Below, in pieces: positions 62,151-64,000 of a stretch of DNA of 64,000 bases. Each line of letters opens with the position of its first letter. Position 1 is the stretch's first letter. The stretch lies in assembly GCA_009103225.1 (NCBI GenBank), contig RHPI01003009.1, positions 369,004-433,003 on the forward strand. Direction: 5' to 3'. Both the position numbers and the translations under genes were made by a program. The notes under the pieces were generated by a model. That model saw only the letters and a program-made list of their open reading frames with translations, was not told the DNA's origin and made no database searches. Source of the stretch: Chlorokybus atmophyticus. Its lineage: Eukaryota > Plantae > Mesostigma and Chlorokybus algae.

Positions 62151-63900
62151 TGGTCAACTTAATTGACGTACTGCTGACAGTATTAGTATTAGAAGAGAGT
62201 TTACAAGCCAATAGAGCCTGTTGGCTGCAAGTGTAATAGACCTAGACATCAAGATGCCAACTTCATTCTATCAGTGTTGACAAATGTAGGTCAAGTCTCA
62301 ACCTCTCTTTGTTGTTTGATGTGCATTCCTCATGCATTGCCACCTTGGTTTCACAATTCAAGGAATGCACATGAAGGTCGTGTTATAAAAACTGGCCCTT
62401 TTTCATGGGTGAAGGATGGGTGAAGGATTTAAGGGTTTAAACGATGTTGGATGCGTGCGTGCGTGCGTCCATGCATCGATTGTAGCATACATCTATATTG
62501 AATCCTCAACCACCAGCGCCTGTGGCTGATGTGGCCTACTGGAACACCCAAATTTCGTAAGAGTGCACCACATAACCCGCCAAATTGCATTTCATGTTCA
62601 TTGCCTGCCACATATTACCATTGCTTGCCTGCTACACCCTGTCATGCCAAATCCCATCGTTGCGCAAGGATGTCGTCCATTAGCTCGTTATGGCCTCAAG
62701 GTGCTGCATCCTCTCCACAAGCACACATAGTAGCTTCCTCCATGCATGTATGCTAGCTCAAGGTCCTCTCCGAGCTGCCCCACAAGTGCACATACTCATA
62801 CACATAATATGTATATGGCACTCAGAAGCGCGTGTCTTAGCCAACGTAGACTCAAGCACGGGCTTCTATACTTGCAATTGCCATGTGATGGGGAGATTAG
62901 GCTAAGTCCGTTCACAAGGTGTGGCACACGCTTATACACTTCACACAAGCATATACAAGCATGTGCACACTTAAGGCAAGCATACAACCAAGGCAACCAA
63001 GTAAATCTGAAAGCCTCTCCAAGTAGCTGTATGCTCCTATTGAAACAAGGGACTTGCGCTCAACTAGTTGCAATACAAGTTAAGGACACTTGCATACCCT
63101 CCTACAACGCCTGTACAATCGTTTTTGACCACTTTAGCTGCTACAATAACCATACAACTCCCAGATCATTCATAACCAGCTCTTCAGTCACATGTGAGTC
63201 CTAGCGTAATAAAATTACACCTTGATGTGGTGACCATTACTCAACTCCAACTCATAATACTTGACTCAAAAAGCCTTCATTACCGATGCGTTGCACCTTT
63301 GACACGTACGCGCATACCAACCCCCTTCCCCTTTCTCATGCACTTAACTAAGGCACATAGCCGCTTATGACAGGGGCACAAACGAATGCGGCGTAACAGA
63401 AGTTGAAGTTCGTGCCCCTCCTACCATATAAGTAATCACCTGCTTTGCAACCATCGCTTGTGCTTGTTGACGCGTGCTATATTTGTGGTTTTGTGCATGC
63501 TAGGGTCATCGTATATGTGATTACAGTCCCATATCGTTGAAAACATCAGCGTATATATATTAATGAGATTTTTAACTTAGTCATCTCATTAATATACTTT
63601 GATCGGAATTGATTCGATCTACTATGCACTCCTTGCGTCACTTGCTCATATTGCTGGGTATACTCAGCAATACATATCCACACAAGCTTATGCCCTAATT
63701 TGTACAATGTATGACGTAAGTAGATTTGCGTTGTAAACCGTATAATCATTAACAAGTTGTATCTCGTGCAAGTTCCAATTAGAGTGACATTCCTAAAGTG
63801 GTATAGCCGTTGCATATACAATCAAGCAGCAACATTTATGTCACAGCCCACTCGACTATAGAAGACTTGGTGCTTTTATGGTCGATACGTGGTTGATGTA

Positions 63901-63945
63901 CCTTCCCGTTGCATTGCCCCCACTTAAGAACGCTGACGTCCTCGG
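63901..63945 (-). mobile_element. PPT/3'-LTR junction of a second LTR retroelement, opposite orientation
   Basis: Minus strand gaggac…cttaagtgggggcaa|tgcaacggg parallels gaggac…cctaagtgggggggaa|tataacgg at 4255-4291. LTR starts at 63913 and runs leftward; its far end was not found. Confidence 0.55.
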
Positions 63946-64000
63946 CAGCTGCCCCGTTCAGCTGAGGAATCATCCTAGGGGTCTAAATAGGGTCGGTCAC

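Noticed and set aside
1-64000. rRNA, tRNA, endogenous giant-virus, or Fanzor/TnpB genes
   Set aside because: No conserved rRNA/tRNA structures, intronless viral-type gene blocks or RuvC motifs were recognised by eye; weak or degenerate copies could have been missed.

Overview
Eukaryotic, intron-rich nuclear DNA, most consistent with a green alga (plastid-targeted ClpR1, DiT2, FtsH-like and PGL genes; AP2 domain; algal-type chromovirus). It uses the standard genetic code and comes from a draft assembly with five N-gaps and two single-N joins. Left end (1-9.6 kb): the pol and 3' LTR of a Ty3/gypsy chromovirus, whose ~340-bp LTR is built almost entirely of hairpins, followed by a frameshifted multi-AP2 gene relic, a second decayed gene and a 99-bp mini-LTR. 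Middle (10-50 kb): spliced host genes for a RING-H2+MYND protein, a SRPBCC/START-like protein, ClpR1, DiT2, an FtsH lacking HEXXH, a coiled-coil protein, an ARM-repeat protein, a CBS-like gene, 6-phosphogluconolactonase and a two-RRM protein; several 5' regions carry telo-box-like motifs. Right end (50-64 kb): a decayed gag-only element between ~1-kb direct repeats, one holding a Tc1/mariner-type MITE, then a chlorophyllase/cutinase-like hydrolase and the PPT/LTR junction of another retroelement. All exon structures, alignments and family calls were made by eye without database searches, so boundaries are approximate.
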